From the NCBI GenBank assembly GCA_965217185.1, contig OZ244252.1, positions 3,200,001-3,264,000 of the forward strand: DNA of 64,000 bases, given 5' to 3'. The translations under genes and the position numbers were made by a program. This DNA is from an uncultured Candidatus Entotheonella sp. Its GTDB lineage: Bacteria > Tectomicrobia > Entotheonellia > Entotheonellales > Entotheonellaceae. Under the pieces are notes generated by a model that worked only from the letters and a program-made list of their open reading frames with translations, was not told where the DNA came from and ran no database searches. Below are positions 22,089-31,250 of the stretch, piece by piece (within the stretch, counting starts at the first letter, position 1; every line of letters starts with the position of its first letter).

Positions 22089-22225
22089 GTGCCGTCTCCT
22101 TTCGTGCCGTGGCCGGCCCTTGATATAATGGTTGGTCTCGGTGTCTTACCAGGAAGTTCTGAATACGTCCACCGATTCCATCCCCTTCTGGCACCCCCAT
22201 CACGCCGGCGTGAGGAGATAATTTA

Positions 22226-23065
22226 TTGACGGACCCATTTCATAACGGCGCGCCGCCCGCCGCCAAAGACGTGATCGCGGAAGGAGCGGAGACAGTGCGC
22301 TGGTTCGAGGGCGGCCTCGGGTTGCTGTACGACCGACTGCTGGCCCGCAACGTGCGGCGCGACCTGCTGCCCACGCACGTGGCCATCGTCATGGACGGCA
22401 ATCGCCGTTTCGCCCTGAGCAGCGGCCTGCGCAACGAGCAGGGCCACCGCATGGGGAAGGAGAAAGTGCGCGAGGTGATGCGCTGGTGCCGCGACATCGG
22501 CGTCAAGTACCTGACCGTCTACGCCCTCTCCATCGAGAACCTGACGAACCGCTCACCCGAGGAGCTCGACACCCTGTTCGATCTCTACGAATCCGGCTTC
22601 CTGGAACTCTGCGACGACCGCGAAATCCACCGCGACCGCGTGCGCTGCAAGGCCGTGGGGCACATGCACCTGCTGCCGGCCCGCGTCATCTCGGCCATCG
22701 ACGCCGCCGAAAAAGCCACCAAGGACTATGACGACCTCGTCTTTACCGTCTGCCTCGCCTACGGGGCGCGGCAGGAACTGGTGGACGCAATCAAGAACAT
22801 TCTCAGTGACCACCGCGACGGCAAGATCGATCTGGACAGCATTTGCGAAGAACTGGTGTCGCAGTACCTGTACACCCACGACATGCCCGATCCCGACCTG
22901 GTCATCCGCACCTCCGGTGAGGAGCGGGTCTCCAACTTCCTCCTGTGGCAGATGGCCTACGCCGAGTTGTTCTTCATCGACGTCCACTGGCCCGCCTTCC
23001 GCAAGCGCGATTTCCTGCGCGCCATCCGCACTTACCAAGGCCGCCAACGCCGCTACGGCAGGTAG
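22226..23065 (+). CDS. uppS: cis-prenyltransferase (polyprenyl diphosphate synthase)
   Basis: HVAIVMDGNRRFA, YALSIEN, DPDLVIRTSGEERVSNFLLWQ, RRYG. Confidence 0.92.
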   Translation: MTDPFHNGAPPAAKDVIAEGAETVRWFEGGLGLLYDRLLARNVRRDLLPTHVAIVMDGNRRFALSSGLRNEQGHRMGKEKVREVMRWCRDIGVKYLTVYALSIENLTNRSPEELDTLFDLYESGFLELCDDREIHRDRVRCKAVGHMHLLPARVISAIDAAEKATKDYDDLVFTVCLAYGARQELVDAIKNILSDHRDGKIDLDSICEELVSQYLYTHDMPDPDLVIRTSGEERVSNFLLWQMAYAELFFIDVHWPAFRKRDFLRAIRTYQGRQRRYGR

Positions 23066-23073
23066 AGCCTACT

Positions 23074-23976
23074 TTACGCCGGCGAACCGTCAAGAAGCTC
23101 CAGTAATGCCTCGGCCACGACGCCGGGCTGCTCCCGCGGCATGAAGTGGCCGGCCTTGGGGACGACGCGCCGAACGGTGCCCGGCGGAAATTGCGTCATC
23201 TCCCCCTCCGAGCGGTAAGGCGGCCCCACGGTGTCGTCGGCGCCGTGCAGGACGATGGACGGCACCGTAATCGGCGGCCGCGAGGCCAGCAAGCGTTCCA
23301 TCTCGGTGAAGCGCGGGTCGCTCGGGGCATTGCGATGCCGGTGGCGGTAGGAGTGAATCACCAGGTCCACGAAATCGGGATTGTCAAACGACGGTGCGGT
23401 GCGGTCATAGGTGGCGTCGTCGAATTCCCAGGTCGGCGACCACTCCTGCCACAGCAGCCGGCAGATGTCGTAGCGATTCTGCTCCAGGCCCAGCCGCCCG
23501 CGCTCGGTGTTGAAGTACCATTGATACCAGTATGCGCGCTCCTCCACAGCCGTTCCCGGACGCGGCGGCGACAGGGTATCCTGCACGTTGTAACCGCCGA
23601 TGGTCACCAGCCCCTGTACCCGTTCCGGCTGCAGAATGGCCGTGATGCACGCCGCCCGGCCGCCCCAGTCGTAGCCGGCCAGCCCGACGCGGCCGAGGCC
23701 CAGGGCGTCCAAGAAGTCGATCAGATCCTGCGCCATCGCCGCCTGCTGGGCCATGCGCGGCGTCGCGTCATCCAGGAACCGCGTCGGCCCATAGCCTCGC
23801 AGATAGGGCACCAGCGCCCGATACCCCGCCGCCGCCAGGGGAGCCGCCACCTCGTCCCAGGCGCGCACGTCGTCGGGGAAGCCGTGCAGCAGCACGACGG
23901 GAAAGCCGCCAGCGTCGCCGTGCGCTTCGTAGCCGATTTCGAGTGTGGGGGTACGTACACTTAAGCCTGTTGTCAT
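23074..23976 (-). CDS. Alpha/beta hydrolase (epoxide hydrolase-like)
   Basis: LLHGFPD, LRGYG, GYDWGG, GHFMP. Confidence 0.88.
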   Translation of the reverse strand: MTTGLSVRTPTLEIGYEAHGDAGGFPVVLLHGFPDDVRAWDEVAAPLAAAGYRALVPYLRGYGPTRFLDDATPRMAQQAAMAQDLIDFLDALGLGRVGLAGYDWGGRAACITAILQPERVQGLVTIGGYNVQDTLSPPRPGTAVEERAYWYQWYFNTERGRLGLEQNRYDICRLLWQEWSPTWEFDDATYDRTAPSFDNPDFVDLVIHSYRHRHRNAPSDPRFTEMERLLASRPPITVPSIVLHGADDTVGPPYRSEGEMTQFPPGTVRRVVPKAGHFMPREQPGVVAEALLELLDGSPA

Positions 23977-24075
23977 GAATGACTCCTTTTCCGGCGCGGT
24001 TGGACCTGAACATATTCTCCGGCATTGTACCGCACGACGGACGATCTCACGGCATCTCACCAGGCCGTCGCCCGG

Positions 24076-24103
24076 TTGACACCCACGCGCGCCGCATTAC
24101 AAT
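24076..24103 (+). promoter_or_regulatory. Near-consensus sigma70 promoter of the LLM gene
   Basis: TTGACA-16 bp-TACAAT upstream of an AAGGAG RBS. Confidence 0.6.
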
Positions 24104-24145
24104 GGACCAATTCCCCGTTCGCGTTGCAGCATAAGGAGACGATTG

Positions 24146-25339
24146 ATGATCACGAGATTTGGCAGCCTATACGCCGGGCACGTTGACCTGGACAACATTG
24201 GCTTTGAGGGAACGCCGGTTAACGACCGCTGGCTGTCCGATGAGCACATCGCCACCATTTTCGACAAGTCCGAAGCCATCGCCACCACCATGGATCGACT
24301 GGGCTACAGCACCTTCTGGGCGGCGGAACACCGCTTCCAGCGCGAGGGCTACGAGTGCATCCCCAACCTGATGATGCTCTTCGTCCACTTGGCCCATCTG
24401 ACCAAGAACATCAAATTCGGCTGCGGCTTCAACGTGGCGCCCATGTGGCACCCGCTGCGCATGGCCGAAGACTTCGCCATGGCCGACCACATGACCGGCG
24501 GGCGGGTCATCTTCGGTGTGGGGCGCGGCTACCACTCGCGTGAAAACGAGGTACTGGGCGCGCCCAGTACGGCCCTCGACAACGAGGGCAACCGCGAACT
24601 GTTCGAAGAACAGGTCGAGCTCATCCTCAAGGCTTTCCGCGAGCGGTCGTTCTCGCATCACAGCAAGCATTACGACATCCCGCCCCAGATTCCGTATCGA
24701 GGCTACGAATTGGAGGAGATCACCCTGGTGCCGCGGCCCCGCCATCTGCCGGTCGAGTGCTGGCAGCCCGTGGTCAGCGCCACGCAACGCGGCCTCGACT
24801 TCATGGCCAAGCACGGCATCAAGGGCATCATCGGCGGCGGTGCGGCAGCCGGCGGCGCCACCGCCAAGGTGATGGAAGGCTGGCGGGATGCGCTGCGGCG
24901 CGTCGGACGCGAGACGGAATTGGGAGCCGACCTGATCGTGGGCTTCACCTACCACATCGCCGAAACCGAGCAGAAGGCCATCGAGGAAGCCCGCCCGTTC
25001 TTTGAGGAAAACATGAAGATGTTCGCGCCGCTCGGTTTCGTGCGCGGCCTCAGCGACGACCAGATCGAGGCCGTCGCCGATCCCAAACGGGCGCGTTCGG
25101 CCAACCTGCCAACCCTCGAGCAAGCCATCGAAGCCGGCTCCTGGCTGTGCGGCCCGCCGGAACTGATCATCGAAAAGCTCCAGGACGCGCAGGATCGCTA
25201 TCCCGGCCTGGAAGAAGTGAACGTCGGCTCGGTCATCGGCACGCCGCAGAGCGTCATTCTGGAACAGTTGGAAATCTTCGCGCGCGAAGTCATGCCGGCC
25301 TTCCAGAGCCAGGATCGCGCCGCGGCTCCCGCGGATTAA
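24146..25339 (+). CDS. LLM class flavin-dependent oxidoreductase
   Basis: WAAEHRFQ, WHPLRMAEDFA, GRVIFGVGRGY, GPPELIIEKL. Confidence 0.9.
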   Translation: MITRFGSLYAGHVDLDNIGFEGTPVNDRWLSDEHIATIFDKSEAIATTMDRLGYSTFWAAEHRFQREGYECIPNLMMLFVHLAHLTKNIKFGCGFNVAPMWHPLRMAEDFAMADHMTGGRVIFGVGRGYHSRENEVLGAPSTALDNEGNRELFEEQVELILKAFRERSFSHHSKHYDIPPQIPYRGYELEEITLVPRPRHLPVECWQPVVSATQRGLDFMAKHGIKGIIGGGAAAGGATAKVMEGWRDALRRVGRETELGADLIVGFTYHIAETEQKAIEEARPFFEENMKMFAPLGFVRGLSDDQIEAVADPKRARSANLPTLEQAIEAGSWLCGPPELIIEKLQDAQDRYPGLEEVNVGSVIGTPQSVILEQLEIFAREVMPAFQSQDRAAAPAD

Positions 25340-25352
25340 GCCGTTTTCACTA

Positions 25353-25379
25353 TAGGGGCGGGCTGAAGTCCGCCCCTAC
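25353..25379 (-). repeat. GTAG-type REP-like hairpin
   Basis: Minus strand reads GTAGGGGCGGACTTCAGCCCGCCCCTA; lies between convergent genes. Confidence 0.55.
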
Positions 25380-25402
25380 GTCGAATCACCCCTCCAGTCC
25401 CC

Positions 25403-27679
25403 TCACTTCCCGTCGTCGGTTATCTGAAATACCTCCGTATACAGCCGCGCCGCATGTTGCCGGTGAGCGGCGATGTCCGCCGCCAGCCGTTCTGAAGCAT
25501 TGTGCTCTTCCCAGTAACCCAAACGGCGTGCCAGGAACAGAAATTCTTCGGACTCGGGTGGCAGCAGCACCAAGTCCCGGGCGTGGCCGCGAACGATGCG
25601 CTGGGCGTCGATCAGACGGCGCAGAAAACGGTACGTTTCCGCCAGTTGTGCCGCGGCATGGTCGCCGAGCACGCCGGCGCCGCGCAACGCCTCGATGGCC
25701 TGCAGGGTACTCGGGATACGCAGCTCCGGCAGGGCGCCGCCGCGGCAAAGCTGCAGAACCTGCACGGTGTACTCCACGTCCACCAGGCCGCCCCGGCTGT
25801 ACTTGCTGTCAATCTGACCGGGCGTCGCCAATTCAGCGATCTGTCGCTCTCGCAGTGCCACCGCGGCTTTGCGATCGAACGGCGCTTCGCTGTACACGTA
25901 GCCGTCCCGCCAAGCCTCGACCCGCCGGCCCAGGTCGGCGTCGCCCGCCACCCAGCGCAGCTTGATCAGCGCTTGCCGCTCGAAGTCCGCGGCCTGCCCG
26001 TCGGTGCTGTAGTACGCCTTGAAGACCTCCCAACTGGTGGCCAGCGGACCCTGAGCGCCGTGCGGCCGCAGCCGTAGATCAATCTCGAAAATACCCGACT
26101 GGCGCGCCACGATCATATCCCGCAGGTGCTGAACCAGGAGCGTGGCATATTCCGTATTGGCCAGGCGCCGCGGTCCGCTGGTGGTGCCGTTGCCGCCGTA
26201 TACGCACAGCATTTCGATGTCCGAGGCGTAGCCCAACTCGCGGCCGCCAAACTTTCCCAGAGCGAACAGGGCGAACGGGCAGGGTGCGCCGTCCTCCAGC
26301 AGCGGCTGGCCGTAGCGCTCGCCGAGGTCGGTCTGCGCCGCCTCGAGGGCGCCGCCCATGATGACTTCGGCAAGATCGGTCAACTCGTCGGCAAACACGC
26401 CGAAGGGCAGGTCGGGATGCAGCAGGTGACGCAGGTCGATGCGGAACATCTCGCGGTCTTTGAACGTATTGAGAGCGGTCTTGCGAGCCGCAGGCGTGTC
26501 CGCCGCTTGCAGCATTTCTCGCAACCGCCGCCGCAGTGTAGTCGAATCCAAAGGCTTGTCAGTGGCGTGCATCTCCTTGAGAACCGGCAGCAGATTGGCG
26601 TGCTGCATGCGCAGGAAGTCCTCCCACAGGAAGTCGCTGCTGCCCAGCATGGTGGCCAGCGCCTGCATGGCGCCGTCATCACAAAGCCAGTCGAGGTCGG
26701 CGCGAAGCGAGGCATTGGGGGCCAGACGGTCGAGAAATTGATCGAAGTGTTGCAGGGCCATCGCCGGGTCTGGAGCTACGGTCAAAAAATGCGTGAACTG
26801 CTTGATCAGCACGACGATGAAACGCAGTTCCTGCTGTCCCTCGTCGGAGGTGATCTTGCCGCCATGACGCCAGCCGAGGCACAGCTCATCCTGCACCCTT
26901 CCCTGGACGCTGCGAATGTTGACCCGATGCACGTAAAAGTCGCGCATCGCAAGGGCATTCGACAGGCTGTACAAAAAGCCCGGGGTATCCTCGGCGGTGA
27001 CGTGCATGACGGTCCAATCAGGCGACGCCGTGTTATCGATGTGCACTTCTACGGGAAACAGCCGCTCCGGAAACTTTTGACTGGAGGTGCGGATGGCATT
27101 GATGAGCCGGTAATTCAGCGTGTCGCGCGCCTGTTGCTGCTCGCCCTGCCGCTGTAGTTGGACCAGCGTCGTCAGGTGCGCCGCAAACTTCTCCTGGGCG
27201 CTGGCGTCGAACGGCTGGTCGGCGTCGTAGTCGACGGTGAACAGATCGATGATCAACCCGCCCCGTGTATGGCCACCCCAAGGCGTGAGGCGCTCGGGCC
27301 CGCGTTTGTAACTGAACACCTGACCCTCGCGGATGTTCAGGCCGCAGGCAGCCATAGCGCCGGTGATGAGGGCGAACTCGCCCAGCAGGTCGTAGCCGAC
27401 CAGCAGAATATCGGCGCTGGCGGCGCTGCGCGGCACCACCCGCACGTGCAGCGGGTGGTGATCGTCGATAGCCGCCACCAACTGCACGTGGGCAGCGATT
27501 TGGGAAGCGGTGAACAGGGCGAAATAGTCGTCGTCCAGTTGCTCAAAGAAGTCGTCCAGCACTTCGGGGGCCACCTGCGGGCAGCGTCTCGCCACCTCGG
27601 TCCGCAGCGATTCCAGGCCGACGCTGGTTACCCCTTGTCTCTCGCTAACCGACGATTGCTCAACTTGTTGCGGATCCAT
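25403..27679 (-). CDS. GlnE C-terminal half: two GlnD-like ACT domains plus adenylyltransferase domain
   Basis: DNTASPDWTVMHVTAEDTPGFLY (ACT), ALGKFGGRELGYASDIE, EIDLRLRPHG, KYSRGGLVDVEY; own GAGGTGG RBS and ATG at 27679. Confidence 0.85.
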   Translation of the reverse strand: MDPQQVEQSSVSERQGVTSVGLESLRTEVARRCPQVAPEVLDDFFEQLDDDYFALFTASQIAAHVQLVAAIDDHHPLHVRVVPRSAASADILLVGYDLLGEFALITGAMAACGLNIREGQVFSYKRGPERLTPWGGHTRGGLIIDLFTVDYDADQPFDASAQEKFAAHLTTLVQLQRQGEQQQARDTLNYRLINAIRTSSQKFPERLFPVEVHIDNTASPDWTVMHVTAEDTPGFLYSLSNALAMRDFYVHRVNIRSVQGRVQDELCLGWRHGGKITSDEGQQELRFIVVLIKQFTHFLTVAPDPAMALQHFDQFLDRLAPNASLRADLDWLCDDGAMQALATMLGSSDFLWEDFLRMQHANLLPVLKEMHATDKPLDSTTLRRRLREMLQAADTPAARKTALNTFKDREMFRIDLRHLLHPDLPFGVFADELTDLAEVIMGGALEAAQTDLGERYGQPLLEDGAPCPFALFALGKFGGRELGYASDIEMLCVYGGNGTTSGPRRLANTEYATLLVQHLRDMIVARQSGIFEIDLRLRPHGAQGPLATSWEVFKAYYSTDGQAADFERQALIKLRWVAGDADLGRRVEAWRDGYVYSEAPFDRKAAVALRERQIAELATPGQIDSKYSRGGLVDVEYTVQVLQLCRGGALPELRIPSTLQAIEALRGAGVLGDHAAAQLAETYRFLRRLIDAQRIVRGHARDLVLLPPESEEFLFLARRLGYWEEHNASERLAADIAAHRQHAARLYTEVFQITDDGK

Positions 27680-27686
27680 CGCCACC

Positions 27687-29186
27687 TCACTCCATTCGAA
27701 ACGCCGCCGCGAACAGGGCGTGAACCGCCTCCGTGCGTGCCAGATAGTCTTGGTAAAACGCTTCCCAGTCACCGCAGCCGAAATGACGCGCCAAGCGCAG
27801 CCGCGATTCCTCGTTGCGCGGCAGCGTATGCGTCTGCGAGCCCTGCTCCATTTGCAACAGGTGCTCCAGACGGCGCAGGTAGCAATAAGTGTCGCGCAGC
27901 AGCGCCTCGGATTCCACCCCCAGCAGCCCGGCGTCGCGCAGTTTGCCGAGCGCCCGCAGCGAGTTGCGCTCCTGCAGTTCGGGCCGCCGGCCGCCGAACA
28001 GTAGCTGCGGCAACTGGATGAGAAACTCTATCTCCCGAATGCCGCCGCGGCCGAGCTTGACGTGCGTGCGCGATTCGTTCTTGTCCGCCATCTGGCTGTC
28101 GATCTGCCGCTTCATGAACCGCAACTGCTCGACCCCTTGTGCATCCAGGTGACGCTGGTAAACAAACGGCTGGGTCAGGTCCATGAATTCCTGTCCCAGG
28201 TCTGCGTCGCCCGCCACTGGGCGCGCCTTGACGAGCGCCATCTTCTCCCACGCTTGCCCGAACCGCGCGTAATACGCTTCGTAGGCCAGCAGCGCCAGCG
28301 CCAACTGCCCCTGGGTGCCGTCCGGGCGCAGCCGCAAATCGACCCGGAAAATCTGCCCGGCGGCGCCCTGACCGCCAATCAGAGTCGTCAGGCGGCGTGC
28401 CAGCGCCACGAAGTATTCGTGGTTGGAAATCCGGCCGACCCGCTCGCCGTTCCGCACAATGCCGTGTGTCTGGCCCTGGTAGGAGGTGTAGACGTACATC
28501 AGATCGATGTCGGAAGAGAAATTCAGCTCGCCGCCGCCGAGTTTTCCCATGCCGATGACGCAGAAGCGGCAAGGCTGTTCGATACCGCTGTCGTCAGTGT
28601 AGACCGGCTCGCCGTGCAGCGCCGTCAGCCAATCCTGGCAGGCCCGTACGCCCGCCTGCAGCACGCAGTCGGCCAGCGCCGCCAGGCCGGCGGTCGTCTC
28701 ATCGACGTCGGCCAGACGATTCAAATCCCGCGCCCCGAGGCGCAGCAGGTGCCGCTGCGTGAAGCGCCTCAGAACGGCAGCCACCTGTGCTTCGTCCTCC
28801 TGGCCTTCCAGCATGACGCTGAGTTGTGCTTCAAGGTCGTTTCGCGGCGTAGGCGGCGCGTACAGGGCCTCGTCGCGCAGCCAGAAGGCCAGTTGCGGAT
28901 CACGCCACAGAATGCCGCTGAGATAGTACGAACTGGCAAAGATGACCGTCACGCCGCGCAGGAATTCCGATTGCTCGCGGCAGGCCTCCCAGAACACCGA
29001 CGCATCACCGAGGCACTCCAGATAACGCAACAAGTGTGACCGGGCACGATACGGATCGACCGAAGCAAGAAGTGCGGGCACGACGGTGGGAATGAGGTCA
29101 GGGGGACAGGAAAGCGGGTTCCCATCGCGCAAGGCGCGACTCAGTTCGGCAGCCTGTTGGGAGGTGGGAGGAATGCCAGAGGCCAT
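27687..29186 (-). CDS. GlnE N-terminal half (adenylyl-removase-like nucleotidyltransferase)
   Basis: GMGKLGGGELNFSSDIDL, RVDLRLRPDG, WEKMALVKARPVAGD, KLGRGGIREIEF. Confidence 0.88.
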   Translation of the reverse strand: MASGIPPTSQQAAELSRALRDGNPLSCPPDLIPTVVPALLASVDPYRARSHLLRYLECLGDASVFWEACREQSEFLRGVTVIFASSYYLSGILWRDPQLAFWLRDEALYAPPTPRNDLEAQLSVMLEGQEDEAQVAAVLRRFTQRHLLRLGARDLNRLADVDETTAGLAALADCVLQAGVRACQDWLTALHGEPVYTDDSGIEQPCRFCVIGMGKLGGGELNFSSDIDLMYVYTSYQGQTHGIVRNGERVGRISNHEYFVALARRLTTLIGGQGAAGQIFRVDLRLRPDGTQGQLALALLAYEAYYARFGQAWEKMALVKARPVAGDADLGQEFMDLTQPFVYQRHLDAQGVEQLRFMKRQIDSQMADKNESRTHVKLGRGGIREIEFLIQLPQLLFGGRRPELQERNSLRALGKLRDAGLLGVESEALLRDTYCYLRRLEHLLQMEQGSQTHTLPRNEESRLRLARHFGCGDWEAFYQDYLARTEAVHALFAAAFRME

Positions 29187-29207
29187 GGCTTGATTTTCCC
29201 CAACAAC

Positions 29208-29426
29208 TCAGCGGGTGCGAAAACGCCGCATGCGGCCCAGCCAGCGTATGTATCGCCATAGGGCGCGGCGGTGCTGCGGTTGGCGTAGCAGGCCCAGGGC
29301 AGCGCGCCAGGAAACCTCGGCAGCCGGAATGCCGGCATACGTTTCCACGCGCCAAGCGTAGTATGCCCGACGCCATTTCCAGGGTTTCAGGAAGGGCCTG
29401 GGCCGGAAGCACCAGAGATGCCACAT
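29208..29426 (-). CDS. Small Trp/Arg-rich hypothetical protein (72 aa)
   Basis: GAGGT RBS then ATG; co-oriented, 21 bp upstream of the glnE halves. Confidence 0.55.
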   Translation of the reverse strand: MWHLWCFRPRPFLKPWKWRRAYYAWRVETYAGIPAAEVSWRAALGLLRQPQHRRALWRYIRWLGRMRRFRTR

Positions 29427-29589
29427 GTCGATGACCTCAAGGTGGCTGAGGGTTATCAACGACGCACGATAGCAAAACCATCCCAGGGTGACAAAGGCAG
29501 GCTGACCGCGTATGCTCTGCCGTCGCTTGGCAGTCCGTTACGGCGGCAAATCCATCATGAAACAAATTCAACCTGAAAAGGACCTGCCC

Positions 29590-30639
29590 ATGGAGGCGGC
29601 GAGCAGTATCCGGCAGCGCCTGCTCAAGCTGCTGCCCTGGGTCATCACCCTGGCGATCTTCATCATTATTTTCCGCCGCGTTCCCGTTCCCGAGCTGCTG
29701 GAAGCCCTGCAACAAGCCCGCCTGCTGCCCTACTTGGCGCTGATGGCGCCGTACAGCATGATCTATTGCCTGATCGACACTTTCGTGCTCACGCAAGCCG
29801 TCACGTGGTTCCACCAGCCGGTACGCTACACCCGCATCCTGCCGGTGCGGGCGGCGGCGTATATTCTGTCGCTGCTCAACCCCGGCCTCGGGCAGGGCGG
29901 CACGGCGTTATACTTACACCGCCGTGAGGGCATGCCGTTTCTCGAAATGGTCGGGACCATTGTGTTCCTGGTGGTTATCGAATTCGGCCAACTGGCCCTG
30001 TACGCCACTATCGGCATCTTCATCGTGCAACCGCAGCTCGCCGCCATCTTCGCGCCGTTCTACATCGTCTTCATCGCCGCGTTCGCCATCGCATTGACCT
30101 ACGTCCGGCACGGCTTCTCGCCGCTCGTGCGGGTACTTCGGGCAGTGGCCCGCCTGGCGGGCCGCGAAATCAGCTTCACCCCCCGGCCTGGCGGGCCGCG
30201 CGCCCGGATTCTGCACACCTTGCAAAATGCCGGCGTCCGTCACTACCTGCTGGCACTGCTCTACAAAGCACCCAGCTTTTTTCTCGCCGTCTTGGTGCAC
30301 TACCTGGCGGTGCAGCAGTTCGGCGTGCAGATACCGTTTCTGGCGCTGCTGGCCTTCCTGCCAGTGGTGTTTCTTGCCGCCTCGCTGCCCATCACGGTAG
30401 CGCATCTCGGTACCTCGCAGGCCGCTTGGCTGTTTTTCTTTTCGGCGTACGGCGCCGAGGCCCGACTGCTGGCCTACAGCCTGGCCGCCCATTTTACCTT
30501 CATGATGCTGAACAGCCTGATCGGCTTATGTTTTCTGCGACAGGCCCTGAAAGCCCCGCCCAAGCCACAACAGGAGCAACCGCTCCAGCCCCGATACGAA
30601 GGCCACCCCCATCACGGCAACGAGAGCAGCCTGCCCTAG
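29590..30639 (+). CDS. Lysylphosphatidylglycerol synthase-like transmembrane (flippase) protein
   Basis: Multi-TM protein with LPITVAHLGTSQAAW; start uncertain (29557 or 29590). Confidence 0.72.
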   Translation: MEAASSIRQRLLKLLPWVITLAIFIIIFRRVPVPELLEALQQARLLPYLALMAPYSMIYCLIDTFVLTQAVTWFHQPVRYTRILPVRAAAYILSLLNPGLGQGGTALYLHRREGMPFLEMVGTIVFLVVIEFGQLALYATIGIFIVQPQLAAIFAPFYIVFIAAFAIALTYVRHGFSPLVRVLRAVARLAGREISFTPRPGGPRARILHTLQNAGVRHYLLALLYKAPSFFLAVLVHYLAVQQFGVQIPFLALLAFLPVVFLAASLPITVAHLGTSQAAWLFFFSAYGAEARLLAYSLAAHFTFMMLNSLIGLCFLRQALKAPPKPQQEQPLQPRYEGHPHHGNESSLP

Positions 30640-31152
30640 CGGCCGCGGCATGAGCGACAGGCCCAGCGCCGGCTGGGCCATCACCCCGCCGACAGCCGCA
30701 TAGTTCAGGATGCCGCCGACATGGCCCAGCCGGCTGCCGAGCAAACGGCGCTGCCGTCCGAGTTCGCCGCTGCGCCACCAGGAATCAAAGGCGTACAGCC
30801 CGAAGGCCCAGGCAATAGCCGCCGGCAGCCACCAGGTGACCCAGCCCCAGGCCGCAAACCAGCCGAGCGCGAACAGGATGAAGAAAATATCGGCGCCGTG
30901 ATCCAGGAAGCGCCCGAAGACGCTGGTGCATTGGAAGCGGCGGGCCAGCCAGCCGTCCAGCACGTCGCTGCTGACGATGGCCACGAACAGCAGCACCGCG
31001 CTCCAGCGTGCCGTCGGTGTGCCGACCGCCGCCGCGCGGTGGCAACAGAACACGAACGCCGGCGCGCCCGCCACGCGGGTCAGGGTGACCAGATTGGGCC
31101 AAGTGAACAAGAGGGGCACCAGCTTCCTCAAGGCGTCCGCCAATTTCTTCAT
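30526..31152 (-). CDS. CDP-alcohol phosphatidyltransferase
   Basis: PNLVTLTR and DVLDGWLAR...GRFLDHGAD signature; start uncertain. Confidence 0.85.
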   Translation of the reverse strand: MKKLADALRKLVPLLFTWPNLVTLTRVAGAPAFVFCCHRAAAVGTPTARWSAVLLFVAIVSSDVLDGWLARRFQCTSVFGRFLDHGADIFFILFALGWFAAWGWVTWWLPAAIAWAFGLYAFDSWWRSGELGRQRRLLGSRLGHVGGILNYAAVGGVMAQPALGLSLMPRPLGQAALVAVMGVAFVSGLERLLLLWLGRGFQGLSQKT

Positions 31153-31250
31153 GCGGCGCATGTATGGTACAATCCACGCCACATTCTGACCGCCTTGGCT
31201 ATATAGAACAACTTGATTACGAGCGGCTTGCCGCCGGGAGAGAGACGCTG

